Source: Flavobacteriales bacterium (lineage in GTDB: Bacteria > Bacteroidota > Bacteroidia > Flavobacteriales > BACL11). From it: 52,807 bases of DNA. The notes beneath the pieces are model-generated. The model was given only the letters and a program-made list of their open reading frames with translations, ran no database searches and was not told the DNA's origin. Location: the NCBI GenBank assembly GCA_012960805.1, contig DUAO01000122.1, positions 1 to 52,807 on the forward strand, in the 5' to 3' direction. The position numbers and the translations under genes were made by a program. Shown here in pieces: positions 1 through 9,590 of this stretch (its first letter is position 1; each line of letters starts with the position of its first letter).

Positions 1-87
1 GATTTGTCAAGTTTTGAAAAAGGAATCTATACTATTGAATTAAAGAATAATTCAGGTACTTATATTGACAAAATAATAGTTGAATAA
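1..87 (+). CDS. 3' end of a T9SS-secreted protein (C-terminal sorting domain only; 5' end is outside the window)
   Basis: Frame 1 is open from the window edge to TAA at 85-87. The translation DLSSFEKGIYTIELKNNSGTYIDKIIVE looks like the final strands of a Por/T9SS C-terminal domain. A hairpin terminator follows. Confidence 0.6.
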   Translation, partial: DLSSFEKGIYTIELKNNSGTYIDKIIVE

Positions 88-106
88 ATTAAATTAGTGA
101 ACGAAT

Positions 107-135
107 AAGAGCCCGGATGTTCCGGGCTTTTTTTT
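107..135 (+). terminator. Rho-independent terminator
   Basis: GC-rich inverted repeat agcccgga/tccgggct (110-117 / 121-128) followed by a T run through 135. It lies just after the stop at 85-87. Confidence 0.7.
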
Positions 136-185
136 ATGTTTTTTTAGTATATTTGACAGAGTATTCAATAACAAAAATATTTAAA

Positions 186-2069
186 ATGAAAAAATGTTAC
201 ATTTCGATTTGCGCTTTAGTCATCTCTTTTGGCTCAATCGCTCAAGTTTTAAATTTAGAAAAAATGGAGTCAGACCAGCAATTTGATGAGCGAAAATCCT
301 TTTATCAGGATCCTAATATTACATCAAGCGCAAATTCTGCTGTGCCTATTTGGGAGGAAGATTTTAGTGGCGGATTTCCTGCAGGATGGAGTACTTATAC
401 TAGTAATAATCAGGGTGGTTTTGCGACTTGCAACTGGGCATGGAGTACTGATGGTTCTTGGGGAAACTTTAGTGGTGGTGGCGCTACAGCTGCTGATGCA
501 GCAATTAATTCTACAACTTCAAGTAATGGTTTTTTAATTTCTGATATTGATTCTGCTAATCATTTTGTAAATGGACAACCTTCAGGAAGTAATTATGAAT
601 ATATTGATTCTTATTTTACAACTGAAGCCATTAGTACTTTAGGTTACCCAAGTGTCACTTTAGAATTTGAACATAATTTTCGATTCAATAATGGAGTTGA
701 TTTGGTAGTTTCGGTAAGTAACGATAGTATTTCTTGGATTGATTTTTTTGTGCAAGGAAATGCAACTAATAATCAGGAGAGTGCTGATCCGGAGGTGTTA
801 AATTTAAACATTTCCTGTGTTGCTGGAAATCAATCGACAGTTTATATTAAGGTGGGCTGGTCGGCAAGGGTGTATTATTGGATGATTGATGATATGAAAT
901 TAATTGAAACTCCTAATCATGTTTTATCATTAGAAGAATCTAATTATGGCGGATGGTTTACAACTCCAACGACTAATGGTTTCGGATTAGATTATTCATT
1001 CTATCCGTTGAATCAAGCAACTGCACATCCATATAATTTTGAGGGAGTAATTACAAACCTAGGAGGTCAACCCCAAACTACAAATTTAAATATTGAAGTG
1101 AAAGACGCTAGTGGTGCTAATGTATTTACTGGTTTAAGTAATGATAGTATATTAAATCCTCAAGATGTTGCTTGTAATTTTGATGAAAAAGTTTTTTTAG
1201 GAAATCTAGGGTTTACCCCTTCTGTAATTGGAGTTTATCAGTTTAATATTTGGGGTACTTCTGATTCTACAGCTACTGATACTGCTATACTTGAAAGTGT
1301 TGTAACAAATGATATTTATGGAAGAGATGATGATAATCAGTATTCAGACTATGGGTTGGGAAGGTATTGTGGCGGTATGGTAATTGGAAATTATTATGAT
1401 GTTTTTGATGCGGATAATTTAAAATCAATCTCAGTATATATTGATGATGAATCGGTGGTTGGTGCAGATATTTATGTCGTCCTTTATGAGGTAGATATCA
1501 ATAATGATAAGATATTTTTAGAACAATCATCCGACTATACCTTACAGACTAATGATATTGATGCTTGGGTTGAGGTTAGTTTTGATAGTCCTATTTCGCT
1601 TACTCCTAACACTTATATGGCAGCAGTTGGGGGGTATGCACACCCATTTGATACTTCTATGATTGCCATGTCAAAGAATGCTCGTCCTACAACCTGTTAT
1701 ATACAAAAGAATGGTTGTTTGAATACTGGGCAAACGCTTGGGAATTGGTATTGGCTTTCTAGGGTTCCAATGATAAGGATGAATATGGGTGTTACGTCAA
1801 CTATTTATGAAAATTACTTTAATGGTAGCGTTGAAGTTTCCCCTAATCCTTCTAATGGAAAAATTACATTAGAAATGAATGAAGTAAATAATGATATATA
1901 TAATGTAACTATTAATAACTTACTTGGCCAAAGCGCGTATTCTTCAGAAGGATATATTCATGGGTTTTATAAAAAGAATATTGATATTACTAAATTTGGG
2001 AAAGGCGTTTATTTAATTGAAGTTTCAAATTCTTCATCAATAATAACTAAAAAACTAATTATTGAGTAA
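186..2069 (+). CDS. T9SS-secreted protein with an N-terminal signal peptide, a choice-of-anchor-J-like region and a C-terminal T9SS sorting domain
   Basis: The track ORF is 117..2069, but codons 1-23 overlap the upstream terminator. The ATG at 186 gives MKKCYISICALVISFGSIAQ, a classic signal peptide. The EEDFSGGFPAGWS motif is typical of choice-of-anchor J domains. The C-terminus (VSPNPSNGKITLEM...GVYLIEVSNSSSIITKKLIIE) is a T9SS CTD. Confidence 0.85.
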   Translation: MKKCYISICALVISFGSIAQVLNLEKMESDQQFDERKSFYQDPNITSSANSAVPIWEEDFSGGFPAGWSTYTSNNQGGFATCNWAWSTDGSWGNFSGGGATAADAAINSTTSSNGFLISDIDSANHFVNGQPSGSNYEYIDSYFTTEAISTLGYPSVTLEFEHNFRFNNGVDLVVSVSNDSISWIDFFVQGNATNNQESADPEVLNLNISCVAGNQSTVYIKVGWSARVYYWMIDDMKLIETPNHVLSLEESNYGGWFTTPTTNGFGLDYSFYPLNQATAHPYNFEGVITNLGGQPQTTNLNIEVKDASGANVFTGLSNDSILNPQDVACNFDEKVFLGNLGFTPSVIGVYQFNIWGTSDSTATDTAILESVVTNDIYGRDDDNQYSDYGLGRYCGGMVIGNYYDVFDADNLKSISVYIDDESVVGADIYVVLYEVDINNDKIFLEQSSDYTLQTNDIDAWVEVSFDSPISLTPNTYMAAVGGYAHPFDTSMIAMSKNARPTTCYIQKNGCLNTGQTLGNWYWLSRVPMIRMNMGVTSTIYENYFNGSVEVSPNPSNGKITLEMNEVNNDIYNVTINNLLGQSAYSSEGYIHGFYKKNIDITKFGKGVYLIEVSNSSSIITKKLIIE

Positions 2070-2089
2070 ATGAAATATAATTTTAAAAC

Positions 2090-2120
2090 AAAAGCCCACT
2101 CTAGAGTGGGCTTTTGTTTT
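2090..2120. terminator. Bidirectional hairpin terminator between the converging CDS and tRNA
   Basis: Perfect inverted repeat aaaagcccactc / gagtgggctttt (2090-2101 / 2104-2115) followed by gtttt. A runs on the 5' side allow it to work on the minus strand as well. Confidence 0.7.
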
Positions 2121-2123
2121 AAG

Positions 2124-2196
2124 TGGTGCTACCAAGATTCGAACTAGGGACACATGGATTTTCAGTCCATTGCTCTACCAACTGAGCTATAGCACC
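2124..2196 (-). tRNA. tRNA-Phe (anticodon GAA)
   Basis: The reverse complement reads GGTGCTATAGCTCAGTTGGTAGAGCAATGGACTGAAAATCCATGTGTCCCTAGTTCGAATCTTGGTAGCACCA. Acceptor stem is GGTGCTA/TAGCACC, the D-loop is AGCTCAGTTGGTAGAGC, the anticodon loop is CTGAAAA and the T-arm is GGTTCGAATC-like. The 3' CCA is not encoded. Confidence 0.95.
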
Positions 2197-2279
2197 AACT
2201 ATTTAGGGCTGCAAATTTAATTGTTTTTTTTATTTAAAGAAATAATATAGGCAAATCATCATAAGGGTTTCTAATTTTA

Positions 2280-2287
2280 TATTTTTG
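2280..2287 (+). promoter_or_regulatory. Candidate Bacteroidota -7 promoter box (TAnnTTTG) for coaX
   Basis: TATTTTTG lies 17 nt upstream of the GTG start at 2305. No clear -33 TTG was seen. Confidence 0.35.
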
Positions 2288-2304
2288 ACAAAATTTTACA
2301 TTCG

Positions 2305-3021
2305 GTGAAACTAATAATTGATATAGGTAATACGGCAGTAAAAGTAGCTATCTTTAAAGGTAAAAAGCTGCAGAATACTACTATTCTTAACGAATGCACA
2401 TTGCAAAACATACTTGGTTTTGTTAATAATAAGGATATTTCCGGAACTATTATTTCTTCTGTTAAAGATATTAATGCTGATATTAAAAAGCTAATTCATC
2501 ATTTTGATGCTCTTTTTTTGGATTTTACTACTCTTTTGCCAATAATTATTGATTACAAAACACCAAATACTTTGGGCAAAGATAGAATTGCAGCTGTTGT
2601 TGGGGCTTCAGTTTTATTTCCTAAGCAAGATGTCTTAGTATTTGATGCGGGGACCTGTTTGACTATTGATTTTATTACAAAAGAGAAAATATATAAAGGA
2701 GGGAGAATTTCTCCAGGCATTGCAATGCGTTATAAAGCGCTTCATCAGTTTGCCGAACAATTACCCTTATGTAGTTCTTCATCTGAAAGTGTATTAATCG
2801 GATATGATACTGAATCTTCAATTATTAGTGGAGTGCAGCAGGGTATTTTGTCTGAAGTGCGTGACATAATTAATGTTTATAAAAAAGAAAATAAAGAGAC
2901 TATAATTTGCGTTACAGGCGGGGATTGTTTTTTCTTTGAAAAGGAATTAAAAAACAGCATATTTGCAAATCCTTTTTTAGTAATAGAAGGATTGAATGAA
3001 ATTTTAGATTATAATGAATAG
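2305..3021 (+). CDS. coaX: Type III pantothenate kinase
   Basis: IDIGNT phosphate-binding motif at the N-terminus, LGKDRIAAVVGA motif, and a length of 238 aa. The start codon is GTG. Confidence 0.9.
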   Translation: MKLIIDIGNTAVKVAIFKGKKLQNTTILNECTLQNILGFVNNKDISGTIISSVKDINADIKKLIHHFDALFLDFTTLLPIIIDYKTPNTLGKDRIAAVVGASVLFPKQDVLVFDAGTCLTIDFITKEKIYKGGRISPGIAMRYKALHQFAEQLPLCSSSSESVLIGYDTESSIISGVQQGILSEVRDIINVYKKENKETIICVTGGDCFFFEKELKNSIFANPFLVIEGLNEILDYNE

Positions 3022-4261
3022 ATTAAAAAGTTTAGCTGTAGTTTTCTGTATTATACTTTCAACTACTGCTATTGCGCAATTAGGAACAAGTTCACCTTAT
3101 TCTCGTTTTGGCTTAGGGGATTTACAAGGGAATGTGTTTCCAGAATATAATGCGCTTGGGGGAGGGGTAACGGCAATAAGTAGTGAAAATAGTTTAAATC
3201 CATTTAACCCTGCAACTTATACTTCTTTTAAGGCTAACTCCTTTTTATTTTCAACTGGAGGATTGCACAAAACAACAAATATTCAAAATTCAACTGATAA
3301 TCAGATTGTAAACAATTCTTCTTTTAGTCATTTAACCGTTGCTTTTCCAATTAGCAAAAAATTAGGGGCAAGTGCAGGGATGTTGCCTTATAGTAATATA
3401 GGATACACATTGAATGCTAGAGATAATGATGTGAATGCTGATATGATTTACTCGGGTGATGGCGGATTAAGTAAGATTTATTTTGGCGGAGCTTATGAAC
3501 CGTTTAAAGGATTTTCAGTTGGTATAAATGCCTCTTATTTGTTTGGAGGATTAAACAGAAGAAAGAAACTAGTTCTTGATGACGAATCTTCTTTTAATGC
3601 GCGTTCAAATTCTAAAATAAACTTGAAAGGATATTTTTACGAATTAGGTGTTATGTACAAGAAGAGCTTATCAGTTGAGAAAATAATTTCTTTTGGGTTA
3701 ACGGCTAATAATAATTCAAGTATCAGTGCAAAACGCACAAATTTATTAGAAACATTTTCTGGTGTAAATGAAATAATAAAAGAGACTGAACTTACTTCAG
3801 AGCTAGGAGACGCTACTTTGCCACAATATATTAGTACGGGTATAAGTTATCGTGATGGCAAAAAATGGCTTTTAGTTGCTGACTATAGTATGCAGAATTG
3901 GGAAGACTATAGCTTGTTTGATGAGGGGGATAATTTAAATAATAGCATGCGTATTTCTGCAGGATTTCAGTATACGCCAGAATTCAATTCGGTTACTAAA
4001 TATTATAAACGCATGCAATACCGTTTAGGTGCGGCATACAGCAATACACCACTAACCCTAAATGATACGCAATTAAAAGAAATGAGTCTTAGTTTTGGGT
4101 TCGGTATTCCTGTACGAAAATCACGGACAAAATATGATGTTTCACTTACTTTAGGACAAAGAGGAACAATTGATAATAATTTAATAAAAGAACAATTTGT
4201 AAGATTTGGATTAAGCGTTTCTTATGACGGAATTTGGTTTGTAAAACGAAAATATGATTAA
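3014..4261 (+). CDS. Predicted outer-membrane beta-barrel protein, family not recognised
   Basis: Signal peptide MNRLKSLAVVFCIILSTTAIAQ. Alternating aromatic/Gly-rich strand-like segments run throughout, and there is an aromatic-rich C-terminus (SYDGIWF). It overlaps coaX by 8 nt and the next gene by 8 nt. Confidence 0.6.
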   Translation: MNRLKSLAVVFCIILSTTAIAQLGTSSPYSRFGLGDLQGNVFPEYNALGGGVTAISSENSLNPFNPATYTSFKANSFLFSTGGLHKTTNIQNSTDNQIVNNSSFSHLTVAFPISKKLGASAGMLPYSNIGYTLNARDNDVNADMIYSGDGGLSKIYFGGAYEPFKGFSVGINASYLFGGLNRRKKLVLDDESSFNARSNSKINLKGYFYELGVMYKKSLSVEKIISFGLTANNNSSISAKRTNLLETFSGVNEIIKETELTSELGDATLPQYISTGISYRDGKKWLLVADYSMQNWEDYSLFDEGDNLNNSMRISAGFQYTPEFNSVTKYYKRMQYRLGAAYSNTPLTLNDTQLKEMSLSFGFGIPVRKSRTKYDVSLTLGQRGTIDNNLIKEQFVRFGLSVSYDGIWFVKRKYD

Positions 4262-5552
4262 TAGAATGATAAAAAAACTAGTTGTTATTGCGATAATAGT
4301 TTTAATAGGATTTGGTGCTAATGCGCAATCCAAATTTGGCGCAGATAGTGTAGCTTGTATTGAAAACCTTTCTTTGTTCAGAGAGTATTTTAAGCAAAAA
4401 AGTTATGCGGATGCTTTAAATCCTTGGCGTTGGACTTTTAATAATTGCCCAAAGTCAAGTGGTAATATTTATAAGAATGGGCCTAAGATTATTAAAGCCA
4501 GGATGAATATTGATCCGGAGAATAAATCTGCTTATATAGATACGCTAATGATGATCTTTGATCAAAGAATTAAGTGTTTTGGCCAAGAAGGATATGTGCT
4601 TGGCCTAAAAGGATATGAATTGATAGGAGTTGATAAAGATAGAAGTGAGGAAGGATTAGATTATTTAAAACAATCGTTAGATTTAGAAGGTAATAATGCA
4701 TCTGTTCAAGCTGTTTATGGCTATATGAAAGCAATAGAAACTCTAGAGAAATCTGGTTTAAAAACAAAAGTTGATGTGTTAGAAGCATACGCTATAGTAT
4801 CTGAAATTATAGACTATAATATTGTTAATGAAACAAAGACAGCAAAGGGTTTTATTCAGTATTCTGAAAAAATTGAGAACCTTTTTACTCCTTATGCAAA
4901 TTGTGATGATTTGATTACATTATTTTCTCAAAAGTTTGATGCGTCAACTGATGATGTAAATGCGCTAAAAAGAATCACTAAAATATTGGATAATAAGAAA
5001 TGTACTGAGTCTCATTTATTTTTTAATGCTTCTAGCAGGCTATATGAATTAGAGCCTTCCGCTTCATCAGCTGATAAAATAGCAAAGATGAGCATTGCAA
5101 AAGGGAGGTCGGCTGCCTCAGTTGAGTTTGCTAAAAAAGCAATTGAACTGGAAGAAGATACAAATCAAAAAGCAATTTACTATTTAGGTTTGGCGGATGC
5201 TTATCGCAATATGGGTTCTTATGTTTCAGCACGAAATGCAGTATATAGTGCATTAGAATTCAGAAGTGGGTGGGGGGAAGCTTATATGAATTTAGGATAT
5301 ATTTATATTGCTGGGGCAAAAACCTGTGGTGATGATTTTGACGAATCAACTGTTTATTGGGTAGCTGTTGATGCGTTCAGAAAAGCATTATCTGATGAAG
5401 ATACTAAAGACAGAGCAAGTAAAAGTATCAATACTTATTCAAAGTATTTTCCTGCAAAAGAGAAATGTTTTTTTAAGGGTGTAGAGGCAGGAAAATCGCA
5501 TACTGTTGAATGTTGGATAAATAAAACGACAATGGCTCGTACTAGTGATTAA
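4254..5552 (+). CDS. TPR-like repeat protein with a signal peptide
   Basis: Signal peptide KKLVVIAIIVLIGFGANAQ. Helical-repeat sequences such as AIYYLGLADAYRNMGSYVSARNAVYSALEF are TPR-like. The start may instead be the ATG at 4266. Confidence 0.6.
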   Translation: MINRMIKKLVVIAIIVLIGFGANAQSKFGADSVACIENLSLFREYFKQKSYADALNPWRWTFNNCPKSSGNIYKNGPKIIKARMNIDPENKSAYIDTLMMIFDQRIKCFGQEGYVLGLKGYELIGVDKDRSEEGLDYLKQSLDLEGNNASVQAVYGYMKAIETLEKSGLKTKVDVLEAYAIVSEIIDYNIVNETKTAKGFIQYSEKIENLFTPYANCDDLITLFSQKFDASTDDVNALKRITKILDNKKCTESHLFFNASSRLYELEPSASSADKIAKMSIAKGRSAASVEFAKKAIELEEDTNQKAIYYLGLADAYRNMGSYVSARNAVYSALEFRSGWGEAYMNLGYIYIAGAKTCGDDFDESTVYWVAVDAFRKALSDEDTKDRASKSINTYSKYFPAKEKCFFKGVEAGKSHTVECWINKTTMARTSD

Positions 5553-6089
5553 ATGAAAAGCATACATTTATTATTGTCAATTGTACTTGTAGCCTGCACT
5601 AATGATCCACGGTTGGCACAGGACTTTGTGAGCGATAAAGAGCAGGCTATTGAACAAATAAAAGGGGCAGAACTATTGCATACTGAAAATGGAAAGATTA
5701 AGGTGCGCATTGTGGCTAATAAAATTGAGCGTTTTCAAAACCAGCAACCGGGGCTTATTTTTTCTGAACATATGGAAGTGTATTTTTACAATGATTCTTC
5801 TGACTTGCAATCTACTTTGATGGCGAATGATGCATCTATTGATGAAGATAAAAAAATTATGTTAGCGCAAAACAATGTAGTGCTTACTAGTAGTGATGAT
5901 AAAAAATTAGAAACAGAGGAGTTAGTTTGGGATGAGAAACAAGACAAAATTTATACAGATAAAAAAGTGAAAATAACTACTGGAAAGGAAGTTGTTTATG
6001 GCGAAGGCTTTACGTCTAATCCTGATTTTTCTCAATATTCAATTACTAAAATTCACGGAACTTTTGATTTTGAAACTGAAACAAATTAA
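5553..6089 (+). CDS. lptC: LPS export system periplasmic protein LptC-like
   Basis: 178 aa with an N-terminal anchor or lipobox (LLSIVLVACTN). The beta-jellyroll-like sequence and its position are typical of Bacteroidota lptC. The ATG directly abuts the previous stop codon. Confidence 0.65.
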   Translation: MKSIHLLLSIVLVACTNDPRLAQDFVSDKEQAIEQIKGAELLHTENGKIKVRIVANKIERFQNQQPGLIFSEHMEVYFYNDSSDLQSTLMANDASIDEDKKIMLAQNNVVLTSSDDKKLETEELVWDEKQDKIYTDKKVKITTGKEVVYGEGFTSNPDFSQYSITKIHGTFDFETETN

Positions 6090-6109
6090 GTTTTAGTATT
6101 TTTACGCAT

Positions 6110-7360
6110 ATGCTATTATCGGTTGCTATAATCACGCTTTTATTTTCTGCTTTTTTTTCCGGCGTAGAGATTGCTTTTATTTCTGCAAATAAGTTAAAGT
6201 TAGAACTGGATAAAAATTCAGGAAAATTCCCAGCTAATATTATTACTTATTTTTCTAAAAAAGAATCTGATTTTATTACTACCATGTTGGTGGGAAATAA
6301 CATAGCTTTGGTGATGTACGGTATAATGATGACACAAATTCTGACACCAAAATTTGATGATTATTTCCATTCTGACATTGCTTTATTATTAATGCAAACC
6401 ATCATTACTACATTAATTGTTTTGGTAACTGCAGAGTTTTTCCCAAAAGCTATTTTTAGAATTTACCCTAACCAGATATTAAGGATATTTTCAATTCCTA
6501 TTTGGTTGTTTTTTGTATTGTTTCGTCCTGTTGCATTGTTAATGTTATATCTTTCAAAAGTAGTGTTAAAGTATTTGTTAGGGCAGAAAATTGAAGAAGG
6601 GAAGCAAGTATTTGGCAAAATAGATTTGGATGAATATTTAAGCAATGTGAAATCAGCTGATGGAGCTGAAGAAAATAGAGTTGAAGTAGAAATGTTGCAA
6701 AATGTTTTGGATTTGACGGATAAAAAATTGCGTGAATGCATGATTCCAAGAACCGAAATTTCGGCTATGGATATACTAGCTCCAATTAAAGATATCAAAG
6801 ATAAATTTATTACGACTAAGCTTTCCAAGATTCTAATTTATAAGAGAAATATTGACAAAGTGATTGGTTATGTTCATTCTTCTGATTTATTTAGAAATCC
6901 TAAAAATGTACGTTCTATTTTATTACCTATCCCTTTTGTTCCTGAGAGTATGTCGGTTATGCAGTTATTGACTCAATTTATTGAAAGCAATAAAGGGATT
7001 GCTTTAGTAGTTGATGAGTTTGGTGGCACTTCAGGAATGCTTACGATTGAGGATGTAACGGAAGAAATTGTAGGAGAGATTGTTGACGAACATGATGTAG
7101 AAGAAATTATGGATAATCAATTAGCTAAGAATAAATATCAGCTTTTTGCTCGTTTGGATGTTGAGATGGTAAATAAGAAGTATGCATTGAATCTTCCTGA
7201 ATCTGACGAATACGAAACTATTGCCGGATTAATCCTACATCACTTGGAAGAAATACCCAAACAAGATGATATAATAGATATTGAAGAATTTCAATTTACC
7301 ATCATAAAAGTAAACAAAACAGCAATACATGAAGTGCAATTGAAGGTAATTACTAGATAA
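6110..7360 (+). CDS. CNNM/CorC-family (hemolysin-like) membrane protein: DUF21, CBS pair and CorC_HlyC domains
   Basis: N-terminal TM domain with the FFSGVEIAF motif, a CBS-pair region and DEFGGTSGMLTIEDVTEEIVGEI. It is a paralogue of the gldE-like gene at 41553. Confidence 0.85.
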   Translation: MLLSVAIITLLFSAFFSGVEIAFISANKLKLELDKNSGKFPANIITYFSKKESDFITTMLVGNNIALVMYGIMMTQILTPKFDDYFHSDIALLLMQTIITTLIVLVTAEFFPKAIFRIYPNQILRIFSIPIWLFFVLFRPVALLMLYLSKVVLKYLLGQKIEEGKQVFGKIDLDEYLSNVKSADGAEENRVEVEMLQNVLDLTDKKLRECMIPRTEISAMDILAPIKDIKDKFITTKLSKILIYKRNIDKVIGYVHSSDLFRNPKNVRSILLPIPFVPESMSVMQLLTQFIESNKGIALVVDEFGGTSGMLTIEDVTEEIVGEIVDEHDVEEIMDNQLAKNKYQLFARLDVEMVNKKYALNLPESDEYETIAGLILHHLEEIPKQDDIIDIEEFQFTIIKVNKTAIHEVQLKVITR

Positions 7361-7403
7361 TAAAGAGAATGCTTTTCTATTTTTATTTATTAAATAACAA
7401 TTG

Positions 7404-7411
7404 TATATTTG
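7404..7411 (+). promoter_or_regulatory. Candidate -7 promoter box (TAnnTTTG) for the ppiD-like gene
   Basis: TATATTTG lies 24 nt upstream of the ATG at 7436, in the 75-nt intergenic gap. Confidence 0.4.
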
Positions 7412-7435
7412 CAAACTTTAATAAAATAAAAACGA

Positions 7436-9535
7436 ATGGCAACACTAGGACAAATTAGAAATCACACAAAATTATTATTAGTTGTTATTGGAGTAGGAAT
7501 GTTAGCTTTTATAGGTGGTGACTTTATGTCATCGCTAGGTTCAGGGGGTAGCGGAGGTATATATGTTGGAGAAGTGTTGGGTGAAGATGTATTGCGTCAA
7601 GATTATGAAGTGAAAGTAGAAGAAGGAATTAATAATTGGAAATCACAAAACCAACAAAGCATACTTACTCAAACTGTCACAGGACAAATAAGATCCCAAG
7701 TATGGGATCAGTATGTAAGAGAATTGGTAATGAATAATGAGTATACAAAATTAGGAATAGATGTTTCTGCTGATGAGTGTTGGGAAATACAACAAGGGAT
7801 AAATGTGCATCCTGAAATTAGTAAAATTCCTACATTTCAGGATCAGGCTACAGGTCAGTTCGATAGAACAAAGCTTATAGGATATTTAAAACAAATTGAT
7901 CAGGACCAAACAGGTGAAGCGCGTACAAGATGGTTAGGTTTTGAAAAATATTTAATTGGACTTATCAAAACTTCAAAATATAATTCATTGGTCGCTAAAG
8001 CTATGCATGTAACTAATGAGGAAGCCAAAATATATTTTAATGAAAAGTCACAGAATATTACTTTTAACTATGTAGCTATTCCGTTAACTTCAGTTGCCGA
8101 TAGTACTGTTGAACCAACTGAAAGCGAAATAGAAACATACTATATAAACCATAAATCAAACTACGAGCAAAATGCTTCAAAAGATGTTGATTTTGTTGCG
8201 TTTTCAGTTATACCGTCTACTGAAGATGATGCGATTACTAAATCATCAATTGAAGATTTAAAAGCAGATTTTGCTATTTATGAGGATTATGATTTAATGG
8301 CCAGAAGAAATTCCGACAATACAACTGCTCGTTTTACTTTTGCTACTAAGAAAGAGTTGCAAGATCCTAATTGGGCTGAATTATTTACCGCTGAAGAAGG
8401 TGCTGTTATTGGCCCTTATCAAGCAAGTCAAGGAGTATATCGTATTGCTAAATTAGCAATTGCACAAAATCGTCCTGACTCAGTTGAGGCGCGTCATATC
8501 CTGATAAAGCCAACAGAATCAATGAATTTGGATTCAGTTCAAACTAGAATTGATGCTATAAAAGCTCAAGTTGAGGCTGGTGCTGACTTTGGAGTTTTAG
8601 CGGAAAAGAATTCTGAAGATAAAGGTTCTGCTATCAAAGGAGGTGACTTAGGCTGGTTCTCGGAAGGCGCTATGGTAGATGAATTTAATGAAGCTTGTTT
8701 TACGTCAAAAAGAGGTGGTTTAAGTGTAGTAACTTCTCAGTTTGGGGTTCATCTTATTGAGGTAACTAAAACGAGTAAAGCAGTGCGTAAAGTTAAAGTT
8801 GCTTTTATTGACAGAAATGTAGAGCCAAGTACTGAAACATTCAACACTTATTATTCTCAAGCAGCACAATTTGCAGGTAAGATATTGAATGAGGGAATAG
8901 CTTTTGATTCATTAGTGGTTGAACAAAATTTAGTAAAAAGAAGTGATAGTAAAGTAACGGCTGATAAGCAAAGTATAGTTGGTTTGCCTAATTCAAGAGA
9001 GATGGTAAGATGGATGAATACATCTGAACAAGGGAAAGTTTCTGAGGTATTTCAGTTTGAAAATTCTTATGTTGTTGCGTACTTAAAAAAGACTTATGCA
9101 GAAGGAGATACTCCTTTAGAAGATATTAAAGAACAAATTTCAGCTTTGGTATTGAAAGAAAAAAAAGTAGCATATATCAGCGCAAATATTAAAGTTACTG
9201 ATTTAGCAACTATTGCTACTAATTATGGGCAGGTTGTGATAAGCGCACAAAGCGCTAATTTATCGAATTTAAGTTTACAAGGTATAGGGTATGAGCCAGA
9301 GTTGGTGGGTTCTATTTTTGCTATAAATGTAGGAGCTATTTCTAACCCTATTGAAGGAAAAAATGCTGTGTATGTAATTGAGGTTACTGCTAAAGATGAT
9401 GAAAAAACTTCTGGAGATTTTACACAACAAAAACAAGAAATTCAAAAAGGAACTGCAGCCTATTCTAATGGAGCTGCTTATAAAGCCTTAAATACTGAGG
9501 CTGATGTAAAAGATAATCGTTCTGATTTCTATTAG
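7436..9535 (+). CDS. ppiD: Periplasmic chaperone / peptidyl-prolyl isomerase of the PpiD/SurA type
   Basis: N-terminal TM anchor (LLLVVIGVGMLAFIGG). Parvulin rotamase core: ARHILIK...GGDLGWFSEGAMVDEFNEA...FGVHLIEV. Length is 699 aa. Confidence 0.85.
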   Translation: MATLGQIRNHTKLLLVVIGVGMLAFIGGDFMSSLGSGGSGGIYVGEVLGEDVLRQDYEVKVEEGINNWKSQNQQSILTQTVTGQIRSQVWDQYVRELVMNNEYTKLGIDVSADECWEIQQGINVHPEISKIPTFQDQATGQFDRTKLIGYLKQIDQDQTGEARTRWLGFEKYLIGLIKTSKYNSLVAKAMHVTNEEAKIYFNEKSQNITFNYVAIPLTSVADSTVEPTESEIETYYINHKSNYEQNASKDVDFVAFSVIPSTEDDAITKSSIEDLKADFAIYEDYDLMARRNSDNTTARFTFATKKELQDPNWAELFTAEEGAVIGPYQASQGVYRIAKLAIAQNRPDSVEARHILIKPTESMNLDSVQTRIDAIKAQVEAGADFGVLAEKNSEDKGSAIKGGDLGWFSEGAMVDEFNEACFTSKRGGLSVVTSQFGVHLIEVTKTSKAVRKVKVAFIDRNVEPSTETFNTYYSQAAQFAGKILNEGIAFDSLVVEQNLVKRSDSKVTADKQSIVGLPNSREMVRWMNTSEQGKVSEVFQFENSYVVAYLKKTYAEGDTPLEDIKEQISALVLKEKKVAYISANIKVTDLATIATNYGQVVISAQSANLSNLSLQGIGYEPELVGSIFAINVGAISNPIEGKNAVYVIEVTAKDDEKTSGDFTQQKQEIQKGTAAYSNGAAYKALNTEADVKDNRSDFY

Positions 9536-9560
9536 TCAGATAGTTGATAATAATTAGAAA

Positions 9561-9590
9561 ATGCTCAATTGAAAAGTTGGGCATTTTTTT
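9561..9590. terminator. Hairpin terminator shared by the converging ppiD and rodA genes
   Basis: Stem atgctcaa/ttgggcat (8 bp including one G-U) with an 8-nt loop and a T run at 9585-9590. It overlaps the rodA stop codon. Confidence 0.55.

Noticed and set aside
117-185. N-terminal extension (MFRAFFYVFLVYLTEYSITKIFK) of the T9SS protein as given in the ORF track.
   Set aside because: These codons overlap the upstream terminator hairpin and its T run. The ATG at 186 gives a canonical signal peptide.
6463-6828. Nested or antisense short ORFs in the track. These include 283-537, 4570-4788, 6463-6828, 6498-6749, 10934-11240, 12705-12887, 14439-14783, 15600-15824, 17480-18373, 20045-20731 and 23559-23819. 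They also include 25893-26630, 27524-27850, 28309-28839, 29564-31153, 32876-33451, 36306-36720, 38923-39114, 41300-41497, 44010-44420, 48158-48343, 50208-50414, 50822-51025 and 51690-51893.
   Set aside because: All lie wholly or largely inside longer ORFs that carry diagnostic motifs. Their translations are low-complexity and typical of off-frame reading of AT-rich coding DNA.
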